17,511 nt of DNA from Candidatus Thalassarchaeaceae archaeon (GCA_030747675.1 JASLKH010000045.1:1-17511), one strand, 5' to 3'; shown: positions 7,368-15,973, counted from the stretch's first letter. Numbers and translations are program-made. The notes: generated by a model from the letters alone, not told the origin.

Positions 7368-8613
7368 AAAGGGATTCAACAAGATCTTCGCGGTTGAATT
7401 GCTTAGAAGCCCACAAAATAGCCCCTATGGCATAAATTAGCGATGAGGAGAGCCATAAAGCAACGTGCAAGGGGTCATGGAATCCCATGAGTGATTCACG
7501 CATTGCCAAAGTTACATTGAATATTGGCAGTAAGAACCACCAGAACTCAATGCCCTCAAGGTTGACAAATTGTGCAAACATGGTTGGTCCAATGAAGACC
7601 AATATCATTGGTCCAAGAATACTACCGGCCTCTTTCACGCTGTGAGCTCGTACAGCTATTGCTAGTTCAACAGCGACGACGAAAATTGCGAAGAGTAGAA
7701 CGCTAAGGAGTAGTAGTATTGCACTTGTCAGAGAAATAGTTGGCGCCCCAAGAACATCTCCCGCAAGGAAGGCAATTGCGAACAAAAGACCCGCCATATT
7801 TGCAAGAACACTAGTGCTAGCAACAACTGCTACAGCAAGCCATTTCCCAAATAGCAAATCAGCTCTTGCAACAGGTGTGCAGAGCAGAGCTTCCATTGTC
7901 CCCCTTTCTCTTTCACCAGCAGTAAGATCGATGGAAGGCTGTATTGCTGCTGAAGCAGTCCAAAGTGCAATGACTAGTGGTATGAACATTGCAAGGCCCA
8001 TAGCGGTCTGTTCACCCTTGCTAGCAAGGTTTGCATCATCTTGATCTCCATCCCAGTGTATGGGGTCGAAGACTTCACCATAGGTTAGATTCTGTTCATC
8101 GAGAGTATTGTTGATTACATATTGTTCCCATGTTAGGATACCATCCAAGGTGCGACCTCGAGCTTCTCTAGATAACTCGCTAGTTGAATCCATTAGAATA
8201 GCATAATCATACGATATGGAGGCATTAGTATCTGTTTCTCTCAACCGTAATATGCAATACAAATCCCCATCTTCAATACCACTTTGTAACCGGTCAACAT
8301 CGTCCCCTGGTATCGAAAGTGTGCCATTGACAACCAAGGGTACTGCTGTGATAACCAAATTCCGATCAGACAATAGTTGATTCAATTGAGCAGGAATCTC
8401 TCCGTCTAATTGAATTTCGATAGCCAATTCATGCTCTGCTAATTCAGCGGCTTCTCCTTGTAAAAACAAGGGTAGAGCGATAAATATCACAGGGAATATC
8501 ATGATTGGAACAAGGACCATTGCCAGCACGGTTCTCCAATCTCTGACAAAATCAACAAGCTCTTTCTTGCATACTTCAGCGACACGTGAGACTCTAAGTC
8601 CAAATTCACTCAT
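7363..8613 (-). CDS. natB: ABC-2 type exporter permease, NatB-like
   Basis: KKELVDFVRDWRT N-terminus, large extracytoplasmic loop, GERERGTMEALLCTP and GKWLA motifs, several TM helices. Start moved to ATG 8613 (GGTGA SD, 8-nt overlap with natA). Confidence 0.8.
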   Translation of the reverse strand: MSEFGLRVSRVAEVCKKELVDFVRDWRTVLAMVLVPIMIFPVIFIALPLFLQGEAAELAEHELAIEIQLDGEIPAQLNQLLSDRNLVITAVPLVVNGTLSIPGDDVDRLQSGIEDGDLYCILRLRETDTNASISYDYAILMDSTSELSREARGRTLDGILTWEQYVINNTLDEQNLTYGEVFDPIHWDGDQDDANLASKGEQTAMGLAMFIPLVIALWTASAAIQPSIDLTAGERERGTMEALLCTPVARADLLFGKWLAVAVVASTSVLANMAGLLFAIAFLAGDVLGAPTISLTSAILLLLSVLLFAIFVVAVELAIAVRAHSVKEAGSILGPMILVFIGPTMFAQFVNLEGIEFWWFLLPIFNVTLAMRESLMGFHDPLHVALWLSSSLIYAIGAILWASKQFNREDLVESLS

Positions 8614-9421
8614 TTGAATCACCCTTCCGTGTGAACATCTTACGCCATGCCTTTTCCATCCTTCCTTCAGTCTCAGTTTCATTCGAGCGCGATTCATCTT
8701 GTGTTAGTGAAACATATGCATCTTCTAGAGAATCAGTGCTAGTGGATTCCATTAGAGATTTTGGGGTCCCATTCGCCCGAATAGTACCATTGTGGATAAT
8801 TACAATTCGATCACATACCTGCTGTGCCTCAGCAAGGTGGTGAGTGCTGTAAATTACAGTGCCACCTTCGTCCCCTAATTTCCTGACAAGTTTGCGAACC
8901 ATTCTGGCACTAGTCACATCTAGTCCACCAGTGGGTTCGTCTAGGAGGAGAATTGGAGGGCCGTGCGCCAATGCCCTAATGAGGGCCGTTTTTTGGCGCA
9001 TACCACGACTGAAACCTCTTGTTGCACGATGTAAATCATCGTCAAAATTCAGAAGTTTTGCGAACCTTAGAGCCCGCGCCCATGAGTTGTCATCATCAAC
9101 GCCATTCAATCGACTGTGATAGCGAATATTTTCCCAAGCAGTCAATCTTGAATATAATCCTGTAGACTCTGGAACAACACCAATTTCGCCACGCATTTTG
9201 TGCACATCCACTTCTTTTTGGGATATGGATCCAAAAACGCGCCCATCACTTGGATGATATAATCCGCATAATAGGCGCAAAAGAGTTGTTTTACCAGCTC
9301 CATTCCCACCAACAAGACCGACAACTTCCCCGGAATAAAACTCTACACTAACATTGTCTAATGCAACGACATCCTTGAAATTCTTCGTAACATTAGCAAC
9401 AGTTAGCAAAGAATCTGACAT
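8606..9421 (-). CDS. natA: ABC exporter ATP-binding protein, NatA-like
   Basis: Walker A GGNGAGKTT, signature FSRGMRQK, Walker B LLLDEPT, H-loop STH. Confidence 0.85.
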   Translation of the reverse strand: MSDSLLTVANVTKNFKDVVALDNVSVEFYSGEVVGLVGGNGAGKTTLLRLLCGLYHPSDGRVFGSISQKEVDVHKMRGEIGVVPESTGLYSRLTAWENIRYHSRLNGVDDDNSWARALRFAKLLNFDDDLHRATRGFSRGMRQKTALIRALAHGPPILLLDEPTGGLDVTSARMVRKLVRKLGDEGGTVIYSTHHLAEAQQVCDRIVIIHNGTIRANGTPKSLMESTSTDSLEDAYVSLTQDESRSNETETEGRMEKAWRKMFTRKGDSNE

Positions 9422-9425
9422 ACAA

Positions 9426-9728
9426 TCACTTCCGACGTTTTTCTACGGTTGAATCTAAATCAGGATATACAATTGAGAGTTTATCTCCTCTTGCGAGGAT
9501 ACCACGGAGGTGCTCTTGCGACTCCTGACGTGTAATGCCGTGATCGATGAGGTTTGCAAGCATCGACAGGCCGCCTTGAATTGCTCCAGCATCGAGATAC
9601 GCATCATTAGAAATTACACCTTCAATTCTCAAAGACTCGAGCGTAGATTCGATGAATAGTATCTCTTCTCGTAATGTTATGGAATTGACATGCGGTAAGG
9701 CAATGAGGCGCTCAATGCATGTCCGCAT
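9426..9728 (-). CDS. 100-aa hypothetical protein, predicted helical
   Basis: Fills the gap between mce and natA on the same strand (24-nt and 4-nt spacers), with a GAGG SD-like element. No family recognised. Confidence 0.7.
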   Translation of the reverse strand: MRTCIERLIALPHVNSITLREEILFIESTLESLRIEGVISNDAYLDAGAIQGGLSMLANLIDHGITRQESQEHLRGILARGDKLSIVYPDLDSTVEKRRK

Positions 9729-9752
9729 GAACCTGCCTCAGCACATACGTTA

Positions 9753-10172
9753 TCACTCTTTTCTGAACTCCAATAGTTCAACTAATACGCCACCAGTGCT
9801 CTTTGGATGGACAAAAGTGACCCGAGAACCTCCTGCACCAATTGAGGGTTCTGGTTGTGTAAACACTACATTATTAGCCAGCAACTCAACAATCAATGAG
9901 TCGAGATCATCGACTTCAAATGCAATCTGTTGAACTCCTTGCCCCCTCTTAGTTAAGAATCGTCCAACAGGAGTATCTTCACCTAATGACTCCAATAATT
10001 CAATTCTGACAGGATTCCCTGAAGCGGTTGCAGAGAAAAAGCGTATATTGACACCTTGCTCTAGATTTACTTCATCCTCTTCAGATTGTAGAAGTCCCAG
10101 TAAACGCCAAAACTTTCCTGAAGATTCTAAATCATTAACAGCAATTCCAATATGGTCTAAACGTATTTTCAT
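9753..10172 (-). CDS. mce: Methylmalonyl-CoA epimerase (VOC fold)
   Basis: LDHIGIAV, IELLE, GVQQIAFEVDD and FVHPKSTGGVLVEL motifs, directly after the mutase. Start moved to ATG 10172 (8 nt after the mcmA1 stop), giving 139 aa. Confidence 0.88.
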   Translation of the reverse strand: MKIRLDHIGIAVNDLESSGKFWRLLGLLQSEEDEVNLEQGVNIRFFSATASGNPVRIELLESLGEDTPVGRFLTKRGQGVQQIAFEVDDLDSLIVELLANNVVFTQPEPSIGAGGSRVTFVHPKSTGGVLVELLEFRKE

Positions 10173-10180
10173 ATTATCAC

Positions 10181-11761
10181 TCAAAAACCACTTGGGGCAT
10201 TCCATGTGCCAAATACATCCTTCATTGAATTCATAATCTCTCCAACAGTGCAATTCGCTTTTACCGCTGCAAGAATTAATGGGAAAAGGTTCTGATCACT
10301 GGCTGCTGCCTCCCTAATTCTATCCAGGCAAGATGTTGCCATGTCTGAATCTCTACTGTCACGTAAATCTGACAATTGCTTACCCTGCTCGTCATGTATC
10401 GCAGGATTGAGGGCTTGAGGAGTAGTTGTCACAGAATCGTCCATCTCAGCATAGTTTACGCCGACGATTTGACGCTCTAATGATTCAATATCCTGCATTT
10501 GCTTCCATGCAGACTCGTGTATCCGCCGTTGTTGGAAGCCTGTTTTCAGAGCTTCTAATGAGCCGCCCATCGCATCAATTTCACAGATTAAATCACGAGC
10601 ATCGGAGGCAATAGTTTCAGTTAGTTTTTCCACGTAGTATGATCCAGCAAGCGGATCAACAACATCAGATAAACCAGTTTCTGAAGCAAGAATTTGTTGT
10701 GTTCTCAATGCAATGGTGACACTTTTTTCGGTCGGCAATCCGATGGCCTCATCAAATGAATTTGTGTGCAATGATTGCGTGCCACCAAGAACTGCAGACA
10801 TTGCCTGATACGAAACCCGTGCAATATTATTCAGGGGTTGTTGAGCTGTTAGAGTCACACCTGCGGTTTGTGTATGGAATCTCAGCATTGCTGATTTTGG
10901 GTTTGTGGGATTATACCTCTCAGTTACCAAATCATACCACAATTTTCTTGCAGCACGGAACTTCGATATTTCCTCGAAAAAGTCATTATGACATCCAAAG
11001 AAAAAGGAAAGTCTCGGTGCGAAGTCGTCAATATTGAGGCCAGTTTTGAGAGCCGAATCGACATACTCAAGGGCATTGGAAAGTGTAAATGCTACCTCTT
11101 CTACAGCAGTAGATCCGGCTTCTCTCATGTGATAACCTGAGATACTAACTGTATTCCACATTGGAATATTTTCATTACAATATTGGATTAGATCAGTTGT
11201 TAATCGCATACTTGGTTCAGGAGGGAATACATGCGTACCTCTGGCAATATATTCTTTCAGAATATCATTTTGCACAGTTCCTCGCAATTTTGAGCAGGGC
11301 ACTCCTTGTTCTTCAGCAACAGCAACATAGAGTGCAAGCAAAATTATTGCGGGGCTATTGATTGTCATTGAAGTGGAGACTTTGTCCAATGGAATTCCAT
11401 TAAGGAGATTACGCATATCAACTATTGAATCGATTGCCACTCCAACACGACCGACTTCTCCGTAACTAAGTTGATCATCACTATCCATTCCCAATTGAGT
11501 TGGTAAATCAAATGCTATTGATAATCCGCTTTGACCATTATCCAATAATGAATGAAATCGCAAATTAGTATCTTTTGCACTGCTAAAACCAGCGTACTGC
11601 CGCATCGTCCACAAACGACTTCTATACATCGTTTCATGAACACCTCGCGTGTATGGAGGTGCTCCTGGGTGGCCTGGTTCAGCAGGCATCGATTCTTTAA
11701 GAGGTACATCTGGTATTGGTATACCACCAAGAGTTTCGAAGGAATCCTTGCGTGACTTCAT
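10181..11761 (-). CDS. mcmA1: Methylmalonyl-CoA mutase, substrate-binding (large) subunit without B12-binding domain
   Basis: PYTRG, WTMRQYAGF (Tyr at the specificity position), AFDLPTQLG, QNDILKEYIARGT, SGYHMREAG, HTQTAG, HTNSFDEA and DPLAGSY motifs. The GAGGTGA SD favours ATG 11761 over TTG 11764. Confidence 0.92.
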   Translation of the reverse strand: MKSRKDSFETLGGIPIPDVPLKESMPAEPGHPGAPPYTRGVHETMYRSRLWTMRQYAGFSSAKDTNLRFHSLLDNGQSGLSIAFDLPTQLGMDSDDQLSYGEVGRVGVAIDSIVDMRNLLNGIPLDKVSTSMTINSPAIILLALYVAVAEEQGVPCSKLRGTVQNDILKEYIARGTHVFPPEPSMRLTTDLIQYCNENIPMWNTVSISGYHMREAGSTAVEEVAFTLSNALEYVDSALKTGLNIDDFAPRLSFFFGCHNDFFEEISKFRAARKLWYDLVTERYNPTNPKSAMLRFHTQTAGVTLTAQQPLNNIARVSYQAMSAVLGGTQSLHTNSFDEAIGLPTEKSVTIALRTQQILASETGLSDVVDPLAGSYYVEKLTETIASDARDLICEIDAMGGSLEALKTGFQQRRIHESAWKQMQDIESLERQIVGVNYAEMDDSVTTTPQALNPAIHDEQGKQLSDLRDSRDSDMATSCLDRIREAAASDQNLFPLILAAVKANCTVGEIMNSMKDVFGTWNAPSGF

Positions 11762-11851
11762 CAACTCACCTCTGAATGCTACGAGTGCACACGCTCCTTC
11801 AAGCGTTCCGCCCTACAGTTTCCAAAAGACATTGTTTGTTGCGATACACGG

Positions 11852-12376
11852 TCAGCAACCGCAGTCGTCGCCACAATCATCCTTCTCTTCATGTTCGTGA
11901 TGATGATGGTGGCCTCCGGGACCATGAGCATGCCCATGCTGGGTTTCTTCCTCAGTAGCAGCACGAATCTCCATGACTTCAACATCGAATGCAAGGCTCT
12001 TTCCTGCCATGGGGTGGTTGAAATCACATTTGACATTATCATTAGTGACTGCGACTATGCGAAAAGGTCCGATATCAGACATCAACATCATGCCAAGCTC
12101 TAAATCAACATCATCGGGAAATTGATCTCTCGGCATTTCAACAACTTTGCTCTCTTCAATGTCTCCGTATGCATCAGCCGGTTCCAAAGTAAATTGTCTA
12201 GATTCTCCGACTTTTGCACCCATCATTGCGTTTTCAAAACCAGGAATCATATTTGCATGACCAACGAGGAATGCTAGAGGCTCACCGTCTCGACTAGAGT
12301 CGAAGACTTCACCCGAATCTGGGTGTGTTCCTGTATAATGCACGCTTGCTACTGTATCTTTTTCTATTGTTGTCAT
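11852..12376 (-). CDS. slyD: FKBP-type peptidyl-prolyl isomerase SlyD with His/Cys-rich C-terminal tail
   Basis: VHYTG, FDSS, IPGFE, AYG, DFNHPMAGKSLAFDVEV motifs; tail HGHAHGPGGHHHHHEHEEKDDCGDDCGC. GGTGA SD. Confidence 0.92.
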   Translation of the reverse strand: MTTIEKDTVASVHYTGTHPDSGEVFDSSRDGEPLAFLVGHANMIPGFENAMMGAKVGESRQFTLEPADAYGDIEESKVVEMPRDQFPDDVDLELGMMLMSDIGPFRIVAVTNDNVKCDFNHPMAGKSLAFDVEVMEIRAATEEETQHGHAHGPGGHHHHHEHEEKDDCGDDCGC

Positions 12377-12380
12377 TTCT

Positions 12381-13106
12381 TCACCTTCTTGTTGTTAAAC
12401 TATCAATTAAATTGATGATCCGATCTCCACACTTTTGCGAAATAATACCTGCCTCAATCTTGCCTACAATGAAATCCTTCGCTTCATTGACACCTTGACG
12501 TTCACCTTTGGCCCATGCTTGCCCTAGGACATTCGAACGATGCTCATCTTCGACTTTCTCTTCATCGAGAATCTTCCGTACATCGTACTTGAATTCCTGA
12601 TATTTTCCACGATGGAGCTTCCTCACTTTCTTGGAAGGACTCTGAGGACGGTTGCGCTTTCCAGGGCGTCCAGTTGGGCGCTTTTGTTGCTTCTGTGCAG
12701 GCTTTTTCTTGAATGGATTAGTTGGTTCAGTCTTCTTTGGTGGACGTGTGTCACCTGAAGTGGATGGTGTGGTACTACTGACCCTTGAAACAGTTTCCTT
12801 GATCAACGATTTAGCCTTCAAATCTGATTTTTTTGAAAGGGGAGAATCATCCTTAACAGACTGCTTTCGAAGGCCAACGCCCTTACCTGCTGATGCAGGG
12901 CCGCGAGAGGATGGACTGTGGGGCTTAGGTGCTGTTTTAGGCGTTATTTTAGCACCACCACCAGGTGGTGGTGGAGGTGAATTTGAACCGCGGCTGGGGG
13001 GAGCAGGAGCAGAATCTCGACGCTTGACAACCCGCTTCTTACTGGGGTTATTATCGGGTCGACTAGACTTCTTGAATGGGTTTGATGGTTCATCCCTACG
13101 TGCCAA
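12381..13106 (-). CDS. Highly basic protein: ~160-aa Pro/Lys/Ser/Arg-rich disordered region plus ~75-aa helical C-terminal domain
   Basis: ORF with TTG start, a candidate promoter CGAAC-CC-TTATGAT 42 nt upstream and a GAGG element. Its stop codon forms part of the slyD SD. Confidence 0.8.
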   Translation of the reverse strand: MARRDEPSNPFKKSSRPDNNPSKKRVVKRRDSAPAPPSRGSNSPPPPPGGGAKITPKTAPKPHSPSSRGPASAGKGVGLRKQSVKDDSPLSKKSDLKAKSLIKETVSRVSSTTPSTSGDTRPPKKTEPTNPFKKKPAQKQQKRPTGRPGKRNRPQSPSKKVRKLHRGKYQEFKYDVRKILDEEKVEDEHRSNVLGQAWAKGERQGVNEAKDFIVGKIEAGIISQKCGDRIINLIDSLTTRR

Positions 13107-13169
13107 GTCAATCGTGCCTCAACAATGGCTGATGCCGCCCCATCATAAGGGTTCGTTATGACTAAACTT

Positions 13170-14231
13170 CTAATTCCAAACAATATCAGTTTCATCAGTA
13201 CGCAAATCTTGTCGGATGGCAGAATCGGTAATCTTCGTTGGCTCACCCCACAATAATTGCAACCGACCAAGCGTAGCAATCATACTTCCATTGTCAATAC
13301 ACAGAGATTTTTCAGGGACATGGGAAGTAGCACCTCGCGATTCTGCCATTAGATCGCACATTTCTCTGATGCGTGAATTACAGGCTACACCTCCGCCTAA
13401 CAGCAATTCGGTTTTACCAGAATGGGCCATTGCACGCTCTGCAACTTCAACACACGCTGCAAATGCATGTTCCTGGAGTGACCAACAGACTGCTTCTAGC
13501 GGTTTACCTTTCTCAATAAGATTTAGAGCGGCATTCAGAATCCCGGAGAATGCCAAATCCATACCTTGGACGGCATACGGCAATTCCAGTCCATCCAAAG
13601 ATGGTTTTGGGTTTTTTTCCAACCACTTAAGTGCCAACTCTTCGACTCGTGGACCACCAGGAAAAGGAATTCCTTGCGTACGTGCGAATTTATCGAGCAT
13701 ATTTCCAATACCGATATCCAATGTTTCACCCAGTACACGATATCTTCCATCCAATCGAGCAATAATTTGAGTATTGCCGCCACTAACATACAGTAGAACC
13801 GGGTCATCACAATTACAACGTTCTCGCCCTACTTCTATGTGTGCAACACAATGATTCACTCCAATCAATGGAACATCCAGTTTGATTGATAGAGCCCTAG
13901 CAACACTTGCACCAACTCTCAAGCAAGGTCCAAGACCTGGGCCCTGAGAAAATGAAATGGCAACAACATCACTGATATCAAAAACCTCCTCAGCAAGTAG
14001 ATCAGATAGCAATCGACTTGCAGCTTGAGAGTGATGGTCCGCTGCTTCCCTTGGATGAATTCCTCCTTCTACAGGCCTTACAAAGGCAGATTTTGATTGA
14101 CCAGGGGCTCCCAATCCATCTACCCATCCAAACGAGAACGTATGTGCCGTTGACTCAATTCCAATGATTATCCCTCCGGCATCTCGACTGAGATTAGCCT
14201 TGCAAGATGGTGTAAATGAACCAGCGACCAC
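13170..14231 (-). CDS. kae1: tRNA N6-threonylcarbamoyladenosine (t6A) synthesis protein Kae1 (KEOPS), stand-alone; start uncertain
   Basis: GIESTAHT, GPGLGPCLRVG, NHCVAHIE, SGGNT, DIGIGNMLDKFAR, GGVACN and IDNGSMIA motifs. No Bud32 kinase fusion. The only in-frame canonical start is GTG 14231, while conserved sequence begins near 14174. Confidence 0.9.
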   Translation of the reverse strand: MVAGSFTPSCKANLSRDAGGIIIGIESTAHTFSFGWVDGLGAPGQSKSAFVRPVEGGIHPREAADHHSQAASRLLSDLLAEEVFDISDVVAISFSQGPGLGPCLRVGASVARALSIKLDVPLIGVNHCVAHIEVGRERCNCDDPVLLYVSGGNTQIIARLDGRYRVLGETLDIGIGNMLDKFARTQGIPFPGGPRVEELALKWLEKNPKPSLDGLELPYAVQGMDLAFSGILNAALNLIEKGKPLEAVCWSLQEHAFAACVEVAERAMAHSGKTELLLGGGVACNSRIREMCDLMAESRGATSHVPEKSLCIDNGSMIATLGRLQLLWGEPTKITDSAIRQDLRTDETDIVWN

Positions 14232-14246
14232 GCATTGCGGACTGTA

Positions 14247-14260
14247 CGTACCCTTTCAAG
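14247..14260 (+). promoter_or_regulatory. BRE/TATA-like promoter of hutI (CGTAC-CC-TTTCAAG)
   Basis: The first T is 28 nt upstream of ATG 14282, the same geometry as the other apparently leaderless genes in this window. Confidence 0.45.
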
Positions 14261-14281
14261 CCTGATGTCACTCGGCAGTCT

Positions 14282-15535
14282 ATGCGCACTGTGCTGTTAG
14301 ATGCGGGCCCCGTCGCGCATTTGGCCACAGGTGATTGTAGCAAACCACTTACAGGCTCTATGATGAGCAGCGACTCATTAGTTGACAGTAGCAATCTAGG
14401 GTTCGTGATTGAGAATGGTATTTTTACCAAAATCGCCCAGACGGAAGAAATTGAATCCGAGTATGGTCGGAAGGATTCTATCTCACTACATGGTAGAGCA
14501 ATTGTACCCGGTTTGATAGATGCTCACACCCACTTGCTATGGGGTGGTGACCGTTCTGATGAAATGAGATTGAGGCAGCAAGGTAAATCGTACCAAGACA
14601 TTGCACAATTGGGTGGCGGAATCAATTACACTGTCGAAGAAACAAGGAATTTATCTGTCAATGATTTATTCAAGAAGGGTAAATCACGTTTAAGCTATTC
14701 ACTTAGAAATGGGACTACTGCCCTAGAAACAAAATCAGGTTATGGCTTGGATACAGAATCTGAGCTTAAATTGCTAGAAGTAGCTAATCAGTTGAAGTCT
14801 GATTCAGACATGGACCTTTCATTAACATGGCTAGGAGCCCACAATGCCCCACCAGAGATAGATATCAATACCTACGTCGATCAAATTCTATCAGAGCAGT
14901 TGCCTGCTGTAATTGAGCAAGGCATAGCCAAGTCAGCAGATGTATTCTGTGAAGAAGGCTGGTTCACTCTCGAACATACAGAACGCATTTGCAAAGAAGC
15001 GATTTCTAAGAATATGGAAATTCGCTTGCATGTCGACGAATTTTCAGATGGAGATGGACTCGCCCTTGCTGCAGAACTTGGAGCAAAAACTGCTGACCAT
15101 GCACTGCACTCATCTGATCAAAACCGCGAGTATGCAAATAAAGCTGGAACTATGCAAGGCTTTCTCCCTGGTACACCTTATGTCCATGGTTCGAATTTCT
15201 GGCCACCCATTCAAGATTGCATAGACAATGACTACGCTTGGTCGCTTGCATCAGACTTCAACCCTAATTGCCAATCTTTGTCATTACCTATGGTTGGTTC
15301 AATTGTGACACATCGGATGAATATCGATCCCCTCGCAGCATTAGTTGCAGTTACGAGAAATCCTGCTTCGGCCTTGATCAGAGATGATGGGCTTGCTCAT
15401 GGAGTGATTGCAGAAGGTGCTTCAGCGAATTTGAATATTTTGCGGGGAACCAAAATTGAAGGGTGGTGTCAGACGCCTGGAGATTCTCCATTTGGTACCA
15501 CAATCTGTAATGGTAAATTCTACAATCATGAATAA
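14282..15535 (+). CDS. hutI: Imidazolonepropionase (amidohydrolase superfamily)
   Basis: PGLIDAHTHLLWGGDR, SYQDIAQLGGGI, ETKSGYGL, LGAH, DVFCE, HVDEF, DH and LASDFNP motifs. Start moved from 14216 to ATG 14282 on promoter geometry. Confidence 0.88.
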   Translation: MRTVLLDAGPVAHLATGDCSKPLTGSMMSSDSLVDSSNLGFVIENGIFTKIAQTEEIESEYGRKDSISLHGRAIVPGLIDAHTHLLWGGDRSDEMRLRQQGKSYQDIAQLGGGINYTVEETRNLSVNDLFKKGKSRLSYSLRNGTTALETKSGYGLDTESELKLLEVANQLKSDSDMDLSLTWLGAHNAPPEIDINTYVDQILSEQLPAVIEQGIAKSADVFCEEGWFTLEHTERICKEAISKNMEIRLHVDEFSDGDGLALAAELGAKTADHALHSSDQNREYANKAGTMQGFLPGTPYVHGSNFWPPIQDCIDNDYAWSLASDFNPNCQSLSLPMVGSIVTHRMNIDPLAALVAVTRNPASALIRDDGLAHGVIAEGASANLNILRGTKIEGWCQTPGDSPFGTTICNGKFYNHE

Positions 15536-15825
15536 ATAATAAAACTATTCTGATTTGTATATAATTTTAAACTTAACCAATTAAACTTTAACGTTTTTTC
15601 AATATAGGCATTGAGATGAGATGATCAGATTTTCAGAAATACGGTATCTTATTCCTGGAATGCTGATATCTCAAATGCCATCAGTGCTGATAATCTATGT
15701 TATCCGCCATTATACATTATCTACAAATTTAATACACTTACAACCAGGCTCTCAGTACAACGTTTGGAATACCTAATATGCAGAAAATTGAATATTTGTA
15801 CCTCTTAGGGGGGGTTCGAAGGGTC

Positions 15826-15843
15826 AAAAATTGAAATTTCTGT
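15826..15843 (-). terminator. Possible T-rich terminator downstream of tRNA-Val
   Basis: Minus-strand ATTTCAATTTTT follows the CCA end. Archaeal terminators are commonly oligo-T. Confidence 0.3.
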
Positions 15844-15919
15844 TGGTGGGCCCGGCCAGAATTGAACTGGCGATCTTCGCCATGTCAAGGCGACGTCATA
15901 ACCCCTAGACCACGGGCCC
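15844..15919 (-). tRNA. trnV: tRNA-Val (anticodon GAC), CCA encoded, no intron
   Basis: GGGCCCG acceptor stem, D-arm with G15, anticodon arm TCGCC-TTGACAT-GGCGA, T-arm GCCAG-TTCAATT-CTGGC, ending CGGGCCC-A-CCA; 76 nt. Upstream CGAAT-CA-TCCATATA promoter-like element. Confidence 0.97.
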
Positions 15920-15973
15920 TTGCTTTGTCGACAAACGATGTGTATATGGATGATTCGATATCCAAAAGACAAT

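Noticed and set aside
10181-11761. Isobutyryl-CoA or 2-hydroxyisobutyryl-CoA mutase instead of MCM
   Set aside because: The specificity position is Tyr (RQYAGF, not Phe or Ile), the ARGT Arg is kept, and an epimerase is adjacent.
12652-13279. Long antisense and alternative-frame ORFs (169 aa +, 111 aa -)
   Set aside because: These are shadows of the Pro/Lys-rich gene and the kae1 3' end, with no recognisable motifs.
15621-15776. 51-codon plus-strand ORF (MIRFSEIRYLIPGMLISQMPSVLIIYVIRH...)
   Set aside because: It has only weak SD/promoter support and no motif, in AT-rich DNA. It cannot be supported without homologs, though it is not excluded.
15815-15830. GGTTCGAA resembling a tRNA T-loop or att-site remnant
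   Set aside because: The flanks do not form a T-stem, and I found no duplicate of the tRNA-Val 3' end or an integrase in the window.
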